A DNA stretch of 55,980 nucleotides, taken from the NCBI GenBank assembly GCA_963575745.1, contig CAUYUJ010000119.1, positions 62,001 through 117,980 on the forward strand, given 5' to 3'. Source of the DNA: Prorocentrum cordatum (lineage: Eukaryota). Position 1 is the stretch's first letter. Each line of letters begins with the position of its first letter. The position numbers were made by a program, and so were the translations under genes. A model generated the notes under the pieces. That model saw only the letters and a program-made list of their open reading frames with translations. It ran no database searches and was not told the DNA's origin. This document shows, piece after piece, positions 1 through 13,023 of this stretch.

Positions 1-243
1 TCTCCTCTTCCTTTTCCTCTTCCTCTTCCTCTTCCTCCTCCTCCTCCTCCTCCTCCTCTTCCTCTTCCTCTTCCTCTTCCTCTTTCTCTTCCTCTTCCTT
101 TTCCTCTTCCTCTTCCTCTCCCTTCCTTTCCTCTTCCTCTTTCCTCCTTTTCCTCCTCCTCCTCCGCCTCCGCCTCCGCCTCCTCCTCCTCCTCCTCCTC
201 CTCCTCCGCCTCCGCCTCCGCCTCCTCCTCCTCCTCCTCCTTC
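1..243. repeat. Degenerate (CCT/CTT)n polypyrimidine microsatellite
   Basis: Direct reading of the sequence. Confidence 0.95.
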
Positions 244-519
244 CCCGCCCCCCCGTCGAGCGGATCGTCTTTACATCGCTCGAGCGCAGTTCAGCGCTTG
301 ATTGGATCATCCCACTTGACTTCTCGGATGGCCAAATCTGCTGGAGGTCGGTGATGCGGGGAGGCTCGGGGGAACTCATCTATTACAGCGGCGATCATTC
401 CTCACGGATTCCTTTTCAAATCCGATATACAACAATGTACTTGTGCAGTGGGGTCCACAAGAGTTCCTTTTTGTAACAACGACTCGTTCTGAAATTATAT
501 GAAACCTTGGTGCTCGTTT

Positions 520-792
520 GCGCACAGCTGCTGTTGTGCACACAGGCGCCGTGGTGTACACAGGCGCTGGGGTGCACGCGGGCACTCTGGTGTACAGTGG
601 TGCTGTGTTGCTCGCGGCTGATGCGGTGTACGCAGGCGCTGTGGTGTACACAAGCGCTGCGGTGCACGCAAGCACTGTGGCACACACTGGCGCTGTGTTG
701 CACGTGGTTGCTGTAGTGTGCACTGGCGGTGTGGTGTACACAGGCGCTGTGGTGCACGCAGGCACTGTGGTGTACACAGGCGCTGCAGTGCA
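520..792. repeat. 18-bp minisatellite (consensus ~GGCGCTGTGGTGTACACA), about 15 diverged units
   Basis: Periodic units; the + frame translates as GAVVYT-type hexapeptides. Confidence 0.85.
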
Positions 793-1504
793 GATCGCCA
801 CCGACCTGCTGCTGGTACCCGCCCTAAGCATTGCCAGTCGCAGCGGGCGCGAAACGTGACGTCATCGGCCCTCTCCCTCCCCCCTCCTCGCTCGCTCCTG
901 TGCGCCTTTTGCTCCTCTCTGCTGCGCCGCCTCCGCTTCCTGTCGCTCGCCGTCGCGGCGCCCCCGGTCGCCCGAGGCCCCCCCGCCTGCGCCTTGGGCG
1001 TCGGCGCGCAATCCCGAGCCTCCCAGCGAAGGGGCCACGCTGGCCGCGCGCGACCCCGCTCTGGTCGGGCGCGACTCCGCGCGCGCTGGCCTTGCGCGCC
1101 CCTTCTGAGAAAAAGAGGTCTTGGGACGCAGTGGCCGCAGTCAAACAAATGATTTCCGAGTCATCGAGCGACTCCTGACGCATCGCGAAGGCGTCGTGCT
1201 CGTGGACTGGCTCCTCTCCTGCTGCCTCGGGCGCCGCGGCTGCCTCGCCCTGCCCGTTGCCTCGCAGGGCGACTGAGCCCTTGAAGTTCCACCTCGCCTC
1301 CGGTGCCCGTCCAAACGCGGCGCTTGCGCGTGCCCGGCCCGCCTGGCGACGCACGCGCCCTGGACTGGTCCGGCACAGCTGGTGAGGAGGGGGCACTGGC
1401 GCAGATTCGCCAAGAGGTGTGCTCCCCTCCCTTCTTGCAACATCCTTCGCCCGGCGGTGTCGCTGGCGATTCGGGGAGGGGGGGGCCCCAGCGGCTGGCC
1501 CCCC

Positions 1505-1506
<2 letters not shown>

Positions 1507-1559
<53 letters not shown>

Positions 1560-1581
1560 ATGTATATATATAATATAATAT
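1507..1581. repeat. (TA)n microsatellite
   Basis: Direct reading. Confidence 0.97.
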
Positions 1582-2224
1582 GTGCAGGGGCGGCGCCGCG
1601 AGCCCGCGCCGCCGGCCCGCGGACCCTCGCAGCGCCCCGGCGCGCCCCCTGGGAGAATGCGGGCGAGGCGGGGCGCATGGTGCCCCCCGTCTAGGGTCGG
1701 GTCTTTCACCGCCCTTCGTGGGCCCCCCAACGGAAGTGCAGCAGGCTCGCAGCCCCCGCCGACCCGCCCACCGCCGCGCGCCGCAGGTCGACGGCGCCAG
1801 CCCACTGAGAGAGGGCTGGCCCCCCCAGCCCGAGCAAGACGCGTGGCGAGCAGATCCGCGCGCGCGGCCAGCAAGGGGAGGAACAAGAGAAGACAGCGGA
1901 TGCAGCGGCGGGTGTGGGAATATCGGACCTCTTTGTCCCGTGCGCGCCCAGCGTGGGCGGCCAGACAGCAGGCTCGGGGGACGGGCGAGACGGCGTGGCA
2001 GGGGACGACACGGCACCGGGGCCCAGGGCCCAGCACAACACGGACCCCGAGAAAGGCACGGCACGGCAGCACGGCAACGGCGGTCCGGGCACAGCACCGC
2101 GCAGACCCACCACGACACTGCACAGCAGCACAAGGCCACGACACGGAGCGCGAAAACAACAAGCAAACAACAAGAAACAGAGGATGGGGAACAAAACACA
2201 AAAGCCGTGCTCCGAGGGCAACCC

Positions 2225-2342
2225 ATATGAGGACAAATGCTGACAACGAGGCAAGGGGACAAGCAAGGAAACAGCTTCCAACCTGACGCCCGGCAAAGGT
2301 GGAGCTCCCCGACAGGGCACGGACCAGAGCAACGACGACAGA

Positions 2343-2407
<65 letters not shown>

Positions 2408-3031
2408 CCGACCAAGACACCAGTCCCCTCCCAGGTGAGCCGAAGGCTGCCCGACAGAGGCGGGCACTGGTCAACAGCCCCTTCTCCGCGGTCAGAGGGG
2501 TAGCGTGTCTCATTAAAAAATAATATCAAACCGAGCGGGCGCACTGGGACGACGCCGCATAGCCGCTCCCCAGCGGACAAGGGTGTCACCGCGAATGTTG
2601 CAATAAGTGAACACAAAGGGCCGCATCACCACTGCGAGGCAGGAATTTGCAGGCAACACGGGCCGCAGGGAACGCATCACCACTGCGAGGCAGGAATTGC
2701 GCGCGGACGTGCTGGGAAGCATACGACATGATACAGTGGATGGGGCACATAACGCAGAAGCCGAGCTTCACAGTCAACCCAGATGTGGACAAATGCGTAA
2801 AACGATAAGGCACGAGGACGTGCAAGGAAACAGTCTTCAACCTAACGACCGCCAAAGGTGGAGCTCCCCCACAGAGCACGGACCAGAGCAACGACGACAG
2901 ACGACGACGCCGACGACGACGAAGACGACGACGACGACGACGACGACTGACGACGACGACGACAACGGCGACGAAGACGACGAAGACGACGACGACGACG
3001 ACAACGAGGACGACGACGACGACGACGACCA

Positions 3032-3091
<60 letters not shown>

Positions 3092-3390
3092 GGACGAGGA
3101 CACCAGCGCCCTCCCATGTCAGCCGAAGGCTGCCCGACAGGGGCGGGGCACTGGTCGACAGCCCCTTTTCCGTGGTCAGAGGGGTAACGTGCATATCCAA
3201 AAGAATTTCAAACCGAGCGAACGCACTGGGACGTCGCCACATAGTCGATCCTCATCGGACAAGGGTGGCACCGCGAATGTTACAACAAGTCAGCACAAAG
3301 GGCTGCGTCACCACTGTAAGGGAGGGGTTTGCACGCAGTACGGGCCGCAGGGACCGCATCACCACTGCGAGGCAGGAGTTGCGCACAGAT
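2225..3390. repeat. Diverged tandem duplication of a ~560-680-bp unit with an internal (GAC)n tract
   Basis: GCAAGGAAACAG...GGTGGAGCTCCCC...GGACCAGAGCAACGACGACAG occurs at ~2262 and ~2822. AGCCGAAGGCTGCCCGACAG...CACCGCGAATGTT occurs at ~2438 and ~3121. The GAC tract length differs between copies. Confidence 0.9.
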
Positions 3391-3789
3391 GGAACACAAA
3401 GAGAACGCAAGGGGCCGCAGCGCCACTCAGAAAAGGGGGCCGCATCACCACTGAGAGGCAGGACTTTTGCACGCAGCACCCAGCGCAGCACGACAGAGAG
3501 ACCGGAGGGCGGGCGCAACGCGAGGGCATGGGGCAGGCGCGGGCAAATGCGAGACAAACGAGAAGCAGGACAGGCAAGCAGGCGCGATGAGTAGTGCGCG
3601 CAAGCGGAGTGGGTAGCAAAGGATCCAGTTCGTATTTTGCCACCACGCGCGCGCGGTCCACAAACGCCCTGCGCGCGCGCCCCCCTGGGGGCAGGTCACG
3701 ACGGTGCCGACGCTTGCCTGGCGCCCCCCTGCCCATGCGCCGGTCGGGGGCCCACTCCGGGCGCTCCACTAGCGGCGCCGCCCCGCAAA

Positions 3790-6700
3790 CAGGCCGGGCT
3801 TAATGGTGCGTGGCGCCAGTCCTTGCCAAGAGCACGGCCGCGGCAACAAAATGGACGCGCTCACGGCACTCCGCTGGCGGGCGGCACTGGTGGAAGAGAA
3901 ACTGAGAAACCTTGGCCGGACAGGGGGGGGAGGCAAGGGGAGGCGAAACCACAGAGAGGAAATAAGAGCCGAGGCTGAGGAAGAAAAGAGGGCATCCCAC
4001 GCATCCATGTCGCGCGCGCCACAAGCCCCGCAACAGGGCAGCGTAGAAACGCAGGGCGGGGCCCCCAGCATTTGGAGAGGCCAGCCTCCAGACATTCGCA
4101 CCGCAGCCCAGAGGCGGAACTGGGGCCGAGAGCCAGGGCCAAGTGCCAAATCTAAAAGGTTTCAGTGCGTCCCTGGCGGGCCGGACAGCCGCGCCGAGAG
4201 CGGGGGGCGAGAGACAGGCAGGGCATCTGCAGTAGCCCGCTGGAGCGAGAGAGGATCCAGCTTGAGGAGTGCAGGGCGGGCGACATAAAACTTGCGGGTG
4301 CGGAGGAGCAGGCGGCGCGCTGCAGGATCAGCGCGCGCCTTTGCGCGCGCCGTAGACCCGGCGAAGGGCCACTCTACAACGTCAGGAAGGGGGGGCCCAG
4401 GGGGCGCAGGCACGGCCGGACAGCGCTCGCCCACGTGGAGCAGCTTGTGCTCGAGGCCACTGCAAGCACATTGGCCCCCGGGTGCTCGGCCGTCAGGAGG
4501 AGCAGCCTCGCGCGAGCGAGGAGAGGAACGTACGCTCAAGCATCTTAGTGCCCAAGCGCAGCTGCCACCCACACTGCGCTACGACAACCGCGCCGGGCAA
4601 TTCTGGGCCGATAGCGCGCCCCAGCAAGCGTCGCGCCCACGACGCATGCATATGATCGGGTGAGAAACGCGCCCGCTCAGCAAGGAAGAGGAACGGGGCG
4701 GGGTGCAGCAAGGCAGCTTCCACGCGCGATGGCACCTGGGCACGCAGGATGGGGGGGCCAAAGCTGCCGGATTCACCGGCGCGGGGCAACGCCTCGAATA
4801 GCCGATAACCTCTGGCCAGCGTAGCCCGCAGCAGGGGGCGGAAAGTGAGCCAGGAGGCAAAGAGCAACTTAGTATCCACTGGGCAGCCGATGTCCCCCGC
4901 AGGGGGGCTGTCAAGGATCACCATGGCCGCAGTTTTTCCCTTCTTGTAATTCAACATGGACCGGGTGCGGCGTGCGTACCACGAGCAGGCTGACCAAGGC
5001 CCCCGCGACGCGTGGGCTCGGTGAGCCCCCGGAGAGGACGCGGCGACCGTGAGGTCATCAACAAACTGCAGTGGGGGCAAAAGACCCGTGCCCAGGCGGT
5101 CCAGCAAGTAGGCCCTGTCGGCCCCAGAGGCTAACCGATGTGCTCCACGCAGCATTGCTCGCTCGGCTCTCGGGCAGGGCGCCCGCTCCGCGGCAGCTGC
5201 CGACGCCACCTCGAGAGCCAAAGCTTCAAGGTCGCCCCCCACAGCTGGCGGCGCTGGCCTTCCCGTGGCAGCGGAATCAGGCGTAGCCAGCGCTAAGTGA
5301 AAGCGCCGCAGGTGGGGCTCAACCCAAGCCTCGCAGCTCCCACGCACCTCCTCCGCCAGCCACTTGAGCTGCGCGCTGAAAACGCCAGCGCTGAACCTGC
5401 GGCCCTGCGCCGCGCCGCCACCGAGCGAAAACAGAGAAGAGACGTGGCCGCCAAGCGCAATCTATTGTTTCGACGACATGAAATCGTCGAGATGGAGCCA
5501 ATCATGGCCACGGGCTCCTGCTTCGTAGGCATCCAGGAACATGGCGGGGCGGGGGGCTACATCAAACGCCCACTGAAGATCCGCGACCGCCCATTATGTG
5601 GGCAGGCCCTCGGCGCAGCGGAGTTGGGCATGAGGGAGGAGAGCGAGGAGAGGAGAGATGCGGTCACCCACCCCGCCCTGTTGGGCCACCCCGCAGTATG
5701 CCGGGAACAGCGGGGCGTTGCGCAACGCCCACAAACCATCCGCGACGGACGTCAGGACCGCCGAGACAGACATGGGGCGCAAGCACAAAATGGAACGGAC
5801 GACGCGTGGGCCCGACTTGCGCAGGGGAGTCTCCTGCCGGCTCGACCACAGGGTGCTTGTAATGACGCACTGCCGGGACAGGTTCGCGAGGGCCCGGGTG
5901 GCCCTGCGGCCCTCGGGCCCCGCCGACGGGACAGAAGCGAAACACCCGCGGAGCGCGGAGGAGGTGGTCTTCAAGCTGTCTCAGACGGCCTCCACCTCAG
6001 AGGTCGAGTAAAGGGCGAAGCCAGGAGAGGTAGGGCCAGCGCCAACCGACCAGATCGCCGCAACCGCGCAGGCCTGCGCGTGCTGCTCATTCGGGTCGAA
6101 AGGAAAATCGTTGCGGACGCGGTCCATCATGTCAGTCAGCAGCGCCTCGAGCATCTCCCCCACATTGAGAGGTTGCCCATCTACCAGGTCTGCCAACGCA
6201 ATTGCAAAGGGGTTGCGCGACCGGGGAAATTCCGACAGAAACCAGTCGGCCAAGCCAGGTGAAACGGAGCAGAGGTCGGAGAAGCGCTGAAACGCCAGGT
6301 GGCGCTCGGCCCACGCGGCTTGCGCAACGGCCCTTGTATCAGCAGCTTGCGATTCATGCGCCTCGGGGGCAAGCGGAGGCCTGCTCGGGCTCACGGGGGC
6401 AGCCGCGGGCGCCTTAGTCGCCTTCGCCGCAAACCCAGCCAGGACGTAAATCATGTCGCGCGCCCAAGCGGCCGCGTCCAATAAACCAGGGCGCTGCTTC
6501 TTAGTGGCGCCCCCCCCGCTCCGCGGAGGGCGCAGCCACTCGCGGGCAATGAGGGGCTCAACCGCGTCAGCCAGGTGCGCCAGGACAGGCGCCGCGGCGA
6601 GCAACGCATCGCCCCGCTGGCCATCTGTGCGCCGCGCCACGCGACGCAGCCCTGACAGCTGCGGGAAGCGGAAAACGCACGGGAACGAGCACGAGACCAA

Positions 6701-8125
6701 CCGATGCTCCGAGTCTACACCACTAGCATGGGTGACAGTGACAGTAATGAGACAGTGGCGCTCGGAGAGGACCAGGTCGATGCACGTGCCCGAGTCATGC
6801 GTGGCAGCTGGCGGGTTGCACGCCACAAAGCCGGCGGCGGTGATCATAGCTTCGATTGTGCGGTCTGGCGCCGACCGGCGGCAGTGGAGGCAAGCGCAGC
6901 CAGGAGGAGGCTGCAAGACATAGAAGAGGTGGGCGTTACCACCGCCACAGATGAAGACGCGCGCGCCCGGGTGGCGCGCGCGGGCCAAAGCAATGGAATA
7001 AACAATCGCAGTCCACGTCGCAACCTCGCCGCCAGGGGCTGGGTAGCGCACGCAGAAAACAAAGCGCGGGCCAAGGGCCTGCGCGCCGGGGGCAGCATCG
7101 CTACATAACTCAAACCACTGAGCGCGGTCAGAGGACAAGTCAGGGAGAGGGCGGAGGAGCGAGACAATCTCGGTGCGCACAAGAATCCCGGCCACGCCCC
7201 AAGAAACCGACCGCGGGCCCAGCCGCGAGAACGGAATGCCCGCCAGTAGAACCGCGCCAGGGGGCAGGCGCGCACCCGGAAGCGCGCAAATGTCGGCGCC
7301 ACTTCCAGTTAAATCGTGGGCGACAGCGTGGAGGCGCCACTCCAAGAGCACATCAGCGCCCAGGGCAAGGAAGCTTAGGCGGCCTGGGTTTGGCACTGCT
7401 AGGCAGACGGCGCCACGAGACTCGGGGCCCTCGGCGGGGCGCGTCGGGGCGGCGCCCCCCAGTCGGATGCCCCCAGGGTGCGGGGAGACAACTTGCCGGG
7501 GCTGCTGGCGCCAGCCCGCGCGCGCTGGTGAGGGCGCGACTTCTCGGCGCAGCAGCGTCGAAAGTGCGGGCGCCAGGGCCGCAAGCGGAGCGGCAGCCCC
7601 GTTGCAGCAGAGCAAGAGAGAGGGCGGGAGGGAGGGGCAGGCTGCTAACAGTGCATCGCAGTCTCTGGCGAGCGCGGACATTTCTAGGCCGCGGCTCTCC
7701 GTGCCAAGCCAGAGCAAGATCAAGTCACGCAGTGGTTTTGCCGGGCGTGCAGGCCCACGGGCTCCTATGGCTGGGCGCGCCCCGCCCTGCGCGGCGGGCG
7801 CGCCCGCGGGGGGCGCGGCAGGTTCGGCCGCTGCCGCTCGCAACGTGGCTGCTGCGCGGCTGCGGACGGAGCGAGACGGACAGGGCGTGGATGGGGGCCG
7901 CGTGAGAACGCGCGGAGAGGATGACAACATGCGCGTTGGGCCCAGCAAGCGCGCACAAGGAGCAAGGGCGGCCTCATTCGGCAAGCCGGTGCGCATCAAG
8001 GACGATCGCAAAAGGAAATGGGGTTGGCTATAAAGCACAGCGCGCAGGAGGACTGCGAAGCACAGACGGGCGCGGGCGCAACAGGACTGCGAAGCACAGC
8101 CCGGCGGATCAGGACTGCGAAGCAC
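3790..8125 (-). mobile_element. Decayed APE-RT non-LTR retrotransposon (LINE)
   Basis: APE-like motifs ~7410-6695 (VFICGGGNAH, THDSGTCIDLVLS, DSEHRLV). RT motifs: TPLRKSG...LRPMS (~5830-5770), ADLQWAFD (~5585-5560), GAAQGRRFS (~5415-5390), LQFVDDL (~5070-5050). C-terminal CGACG at ~4035. Several frameshifts and stops. Confidence 0.85.
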
Positions 8126-8799
8126 AACTCAAGGGCGAAGGCAACACTGATCAACCAACTTGGTCGTGCGTGCACAGTCTCTCTGACTGCAAAGCTGCCG
8201 AGACAATGCAGTGAGGACGCCGCGCGCGCGTAAAGCACGCGGGCATGCAGCGCGGGCTGCAGGGCGCGCGCGCGCGCCAGACATGGGGGCAAACGCGCGT
8301 GGCGATAATGTGTGGGACACGCATGTATTACCGCTACGCTGCAAACAATGCGGTTCATAAGGCTTCCACCGGCCGTGAAACAACAGAGGATATGTAGCGG
8401 TGTGTCCCGCCGAGATTTCACGCGGCGCCCATGCGGGCCGAGCGGGGGGCGGTCAGCAACCCGCCCTTGCTGGAAGACCCGCGGGTCTCCACCCTGGTCG
8501 GCGGCTCCCGCCTCACTCGCGATCTGCCGCGCCGTCCTCTTGGGGGCCGGGGCGCAGAGCAAGGGCGCGGATGAGGCCGGGGGGATGGGCGACTGTAAAT
8601 CGGTCCTGGGTCTTCGTGGCTTGCGCCATTCAGCCCTTGCCCCGCACGCTGGATCGCATTGAGATTCTTGAGGTCCTGCTCGGTGCTGCTGCTTGGCGGG
8701 GTGGCTCCGCCCCCGAACAGCTCGCCCAGGCCTGCGGCGGCTTCAAGCAGAGGGCTGGAGAGGCGCGTCTGCACCCGTCGGCCGAGGACGTTCTCGCCC

Positions 8800-8930
8800 T
8801 CGCCGAGCCTGCCGCCGTGCTCCAGCCACTCCTGCCGCCCGCCGTCAGCGGCAGCACGGCCCTGATCACGGTGGCTTTGCGCCTCTGGGTGGCGATGGTG
8901 ATCTCGTGGCGCCACCAGTCCTGGAGGTCG
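8800..8930 (-). mobile_element. Probable 3'-terminal fragment of an RLE-type (CRE-like) retrotransposon ORF
   Basis: DWWRHEITIATQRRKATVIRAVLP resembles the C-terminal helix of the RLE domain at ~21460-21525 (VWRQLSRHLRRGNAEMVLSAIG). Truncated upstream by a CCT-rich tract. Confidence 0.4.
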
Positions 8931-10484
8931 CCTTCCTCCCTCCCTCCTGGCGTGCCTCCCTCCTCCCTCCGTGCTGGTGTTCCTTCCCTTCTCTTCTCCC
9001 TCCCTCCCTCGTCCTCTCCTCCTGTCCTTCTCTGCCCCTCTTCCTCTTGCCGTCCTCCTCCGCCGTTCCTCCCCCCGCCCCCTCCTCCGACGCTTCTGGA
9101 GGGTCCGCGGCGTCGCCCGAGCATTCGCTGGCACGCTCTGCCATCACATCCATTCGGGGCCCTGCGCGGCGGGATGAAAGACTCCCTCTGCACGGGCCGC
9201 AATCTGTGCCATCCAGGGGGCGGGCGCGGTGGCGCCCGCCGCCACGCGCCCTGCGGCAGTTTGTCAGGGGCTGTGGTTTCGGGAACGCGAAGCCGTTGTG
9301 CTTGAGGTGCTTGTTCTCGGGAAGCGGCCCTTTTTAACATATTTTTTAGCGAGAGCGTCGTTTCGGGAGCGCGGTGCTATCGGAGTTTGCGAGGGGATTG
9401 TGGCCTCTTCGCACCGCAATTCAGAGGGGGTGCTGCTCCAGGGGCGGGAGCACCTTGTAATTTACGAGGGGCTGTGGCATCGGGCATCGGGGCTGTGGCA
9501 TCGGGCTGTGGCATCGGGCGCGCGCGTGTCCCAGGGCTTCGCCCGTGACTTCAGAGGACGTAGCTTCGACGTGGTAGTGGGATGCAGTTCGGGGGGGCAT
9601 CGCGCATGCTGCGTTCATAAAAACAATGGAGCCGCAACGTTTATAGCTGTACTCGCAAAAAGCTTCGCACTGGAAATGTTGCGGGGAACAGACGCACCTG
9701 CGTCTCGTCGCAGCTTGTTGGCCCCCGATGGGCCGGTGGTTTCTTGGTCTGGCTGTTCTGTTTCAGATTCGCCAGTCATCATCCAAGTTCCGCGATCTAA
9801 ACAATAATGCGTGCATCCTGACGCAAGTTGCCGCATCCGTTGCCGATTCCGCTCGATGCTTCATCCTCGTCGCCGTCCCCATTGTCGTCCTTTGACTTGC
9901 TCCCTTTCCTCCGTCTGGTCGTATCACGCTCCCTGCCTTGTGAGTCCGATGCCGCTCGCAGGACATGCCAGCACGGCGATCTACCGACAGCGCTCGCAAC
10001 CCGCCCGTGCTGACGGCCTCGGGGTATGGGGGCAGGAAGGAGAGGGATAGAAGCACCGGCAGGGGAGGACGATGAGGAGGAGACCCAGGATCAGGGTCGG
10101 ATCAGGGCTGGCCGAGAGTGAAAAACGCAGGCGTTGAACACTGCCCATCAGCCAGCTCCTTGGCACGAGTTGTTGGTCGTGGGAGCCCTTGTGCTCGGGT
10201 GTGGCTTCTTCCTCCCCGCGCCAATCTGCACGTGGTCATTCTTTCACAAGCGTCCCTTCAGAGCCCCTCGAGTTCACGAAAGTGAGACTGTGCGTGGGAG
10301 TCGCCCTTGCTGCCAGTGAGACCAGGAACATCCGCCTCCCCACAGACGTGCTGAACCGTTCCATGCCCGAGCGGCCTGGTCCCCGCGTCCCGCCAGATCC
10401 AGCCGCCGCTTGCCCCGATCTCCGCACCTCCCGCACGCCGCCGAGTGGCGGCTGAGGCTGCTGCCACGGCGTGCGCTTCTCTTA

Positions 10485-10696
10485 CGGTGGGTTCCTGCGG
10501 CGATGGCGCGCTGGCGACGCCAGCGAAGGCGTTCAAGGTTGAATTCTGCGACGCGGAAGCGCCGAGGGACGCGGCGGCGCCACCGGCTCGACGGAATTCA
10601 ACCTTGAGAAAGATCGGGGCCGCGATCGATCCGAGCTTGAGCGATCGACGCGGTGTCAGAGACCTTTGCGCGTGCCGACGCCGCACGAACTTGCCG
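10485..10696. mobile_element. 212-bp MITE with imperfect TIRs and TA flanks (Tc1/mariner-like), copy A
   Basis: TA|CGGTGGGTTCCTGCGGCG...CGCCGCACGAACTTGCCG|TA. A paralog lies at 49541-49875. Internal 14-bp inverted repeat TCAAGGTTGAATTC/GAATTCAACCTTGA. Confidence 0.7.
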
Positions 10697-10698
10697 TA

Positions 10699-10864
10699 CT
10701 CAGGAGGAGCAAAAACACGCAGACACAATTAATCGTCGATTCCCGAGAGAATGTGTGAAAATATGGGCCGTGGGGGGGAAGACAGAAACCGAGAAAACAT
10801 GGGAAAATATGGGGAATCCTTTTATTTGTGTGTATTTATTTGTGTGTCCCAGGGCCCCATCACG
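10699..10864. repeat. ~165-bp dispersed repeat, copy 1 (possible MITE)
   Basis: Closely matches 42450-42614 (ACAC(G/A)CAGACACAATTAATC...GGGAATCCTTTTATTTGTGTGTATTTATTTGTGTGTCC). Confidence 0.85.
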
Positions 10865-11399
10865 TACGCGCTGTCCCCGTCGTCGCGGCTGCGCCGAGCT
10901 CGGGCTCCAGAGCTTCGCCTCCAGCGTGGCGCAAGCCCGAGCCCCAGCCCTGTCGCCAATGGCGTCGGGGCGTCTCGGCGGGGGCTCCAGCCGCCCCGCC
11001 TCTGTGGGCTTTTGTCGCCCACAGAGGCGGGGCGGCTGGAGCCCTCCTCCTCCTCCTCCTCCTCCTCCTCCTCCTCCTCCTCCTCCTCCTCCTGCTCCTC
11101 CTCCTCCTCCTCCTCCTCTTCCTCCTCCAGGGCGCCGTCCAGGGACCGAGTTCGCGCGGACCTGCCTGTGCCCCTCGTGACCGGCTCCTCCTCGGGACCC
11201 ACCCAGCGCAGACCCCCGGGGCCACGGCGATCTCGCCAGTGCGCTGCCCCAGAGGTGCAGACCCTCTCCCATTGGTCGGAGGGCACCAACTATACACCAA
11301 CACCGATCCTGGCCCAGGATCACCCTGGGCCCAGGATCGGTGTGTATGCCTTCTTGCGCAAGGCAGGAGGGCGTATACACCGATCCTGGGCCCAGGGTG

Positions 11400-11580
11400 A
11401 TCCTGACCCCCAGAGGTCTGGACCCTTTCCCCATTACCAGCTCTGCGTCCTGAGTCGTTTTTTGACGCTCCCGAGGCCCGGTGAGGGCCCCCGGAGGCAG
11501 AAAATTAGGAAAAACATCCCGCCATGATTTTTTCATTGCTCGAGGAGGTCTGGGGAGGTGCAGACCCTCTCCCATTGGGG
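11400..11580. repeat. Dispersed repeat family (GAGTCGTTTTTTGACG..CCCGAGGCCCGG..GAAAATT..CATGATTTTTTCA)
   Basis: Related copies at ~32510-32600, ~32860-32965, ~34240-34320 and ~50438-50520. Confidence 0.75.
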
Positions 11581-11967
11581 GGCCAGTCTTTCGCCGCGGC
11601 TCCCTTCGGGTGCGGCCGCGGGGTCCCCGGCGACGGACCTCGGAGGCCGAAGTCCAGTCAAACCGCCCAGGTTGAACATCAAAACGTAGCCTCCTCCTCC
11701 TCCTCCTCCTCCTCCTCCTCCTCCTCCTCCTCCTCCTCCTCCCCCTCCCCTCCCTCCTCCTCCTCCCCCTCCTCCTCCTCCTCCTCCTCCCCCTCCTCCT
11801 CCTCCTCCTCCTCCTCCTCCTCCTCCTAAACCAGTGGAGGGGTTGACCAGTAAAACAAGAGCGCACAGAACATGAGCTTTCAGAGGTCCGCGCGGATTTC
11901 TCTCGGAGCCGGCGGCCCCGAGCTCAAGCAGGAGTGCCTTTCTGTGGGGGGTGGGATCCGATTTCCA

Positions 11968-12218
11968 TGACGCGGAGGGGCGTCCTCCACGGAAGGCAGT
12001 CCTCCACAGAAGGGCGTCCTCCACGGGAGGGGGTCCATCTCGGAAGGGAGTCCTCCACGGAAGGGAGTCCTCCAGGGAAGTCCCCCACGCAAGGGAGTCC
12101 TCTGGGGAAGGGAGACCTCTAGGGAAGGGAGTCCGCTAGGAAAGGGGGTCCTCTAGGTGGAATGACGCGGAAGGGCGTCCTCCACCGAAGGGAGGTCCTC
12201 TAGGGAAGGGGGGTCCTC
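11968..12218. repeat. ~17-18-bp minisatellite (CGGAAGGGAGTCCTCCA-like)
   Basis: About 13 diverged tandem units. Confidence 0.8.
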
Positions 12219-12339
12219 GTCGCCATCCCCTGCAGGCCCGCTCCGCCAGCCTCCCGGTCGCGGTCGCCGCCGTCGGCAGGGACAGAAACAGGCCACACCC
12301 GCCGCAGCCCGGCAGGGGGGATGTACCGAGAGAGCCACG

Positions 12340-12580
12340 AGGAGGAGGAGGAGGAGGAGGAGGAGGAGGGGAGGAGGAGGAGGAGGAGGAGGAGGAGGAG
12401 GAGGAGGAGGAGGAGGAGGAGGAGGAGGAGGAGGAGGAGGAGGAGGAGGAGGAGGAGGAGGGGAGGAGGAGGAGGAGGAGGAGGAGGAGGAGGAGGAGGA
12501 GGAGAGAGGAGGAGGAGGAGGAGGAGGAGGAGGAGGAGGAGGAGGAGGAGGAGTAGGGGGAGGGGGAGGAGGAGAAGGAG

Positions 12581-12613
<33 letters not shown>

Positions 12614-12950
12614 AAGGGGGATGATGATGCTGATAATTCAGATAATCATGCTGATCATGCTGATGATGTTCATGATGGTGATGATGATGCTGCTGATGCT
12701 GATGATGATGCTGCTGATGATGATGCTGATGGTGATGATGATGCTGCTGCTGACGATGATCATGGTGATGCTGATGCTGATGATGATGATGGTGGTGATG
12801 ATGATGCTGCTGATGATGATGCTGATGATGATGCTGCTGGGGAAGAGGAAGAGGAGGAGGAGGAGAAGGGCTGAGGAGGAGAGGAGGTTGAGAAGGAGGA
12901 GGAGGATGAAGATTATGTTGATGGTGATGATGATGACGATGATGATGATA

Positions 12951-13023
<73 letters not shown>

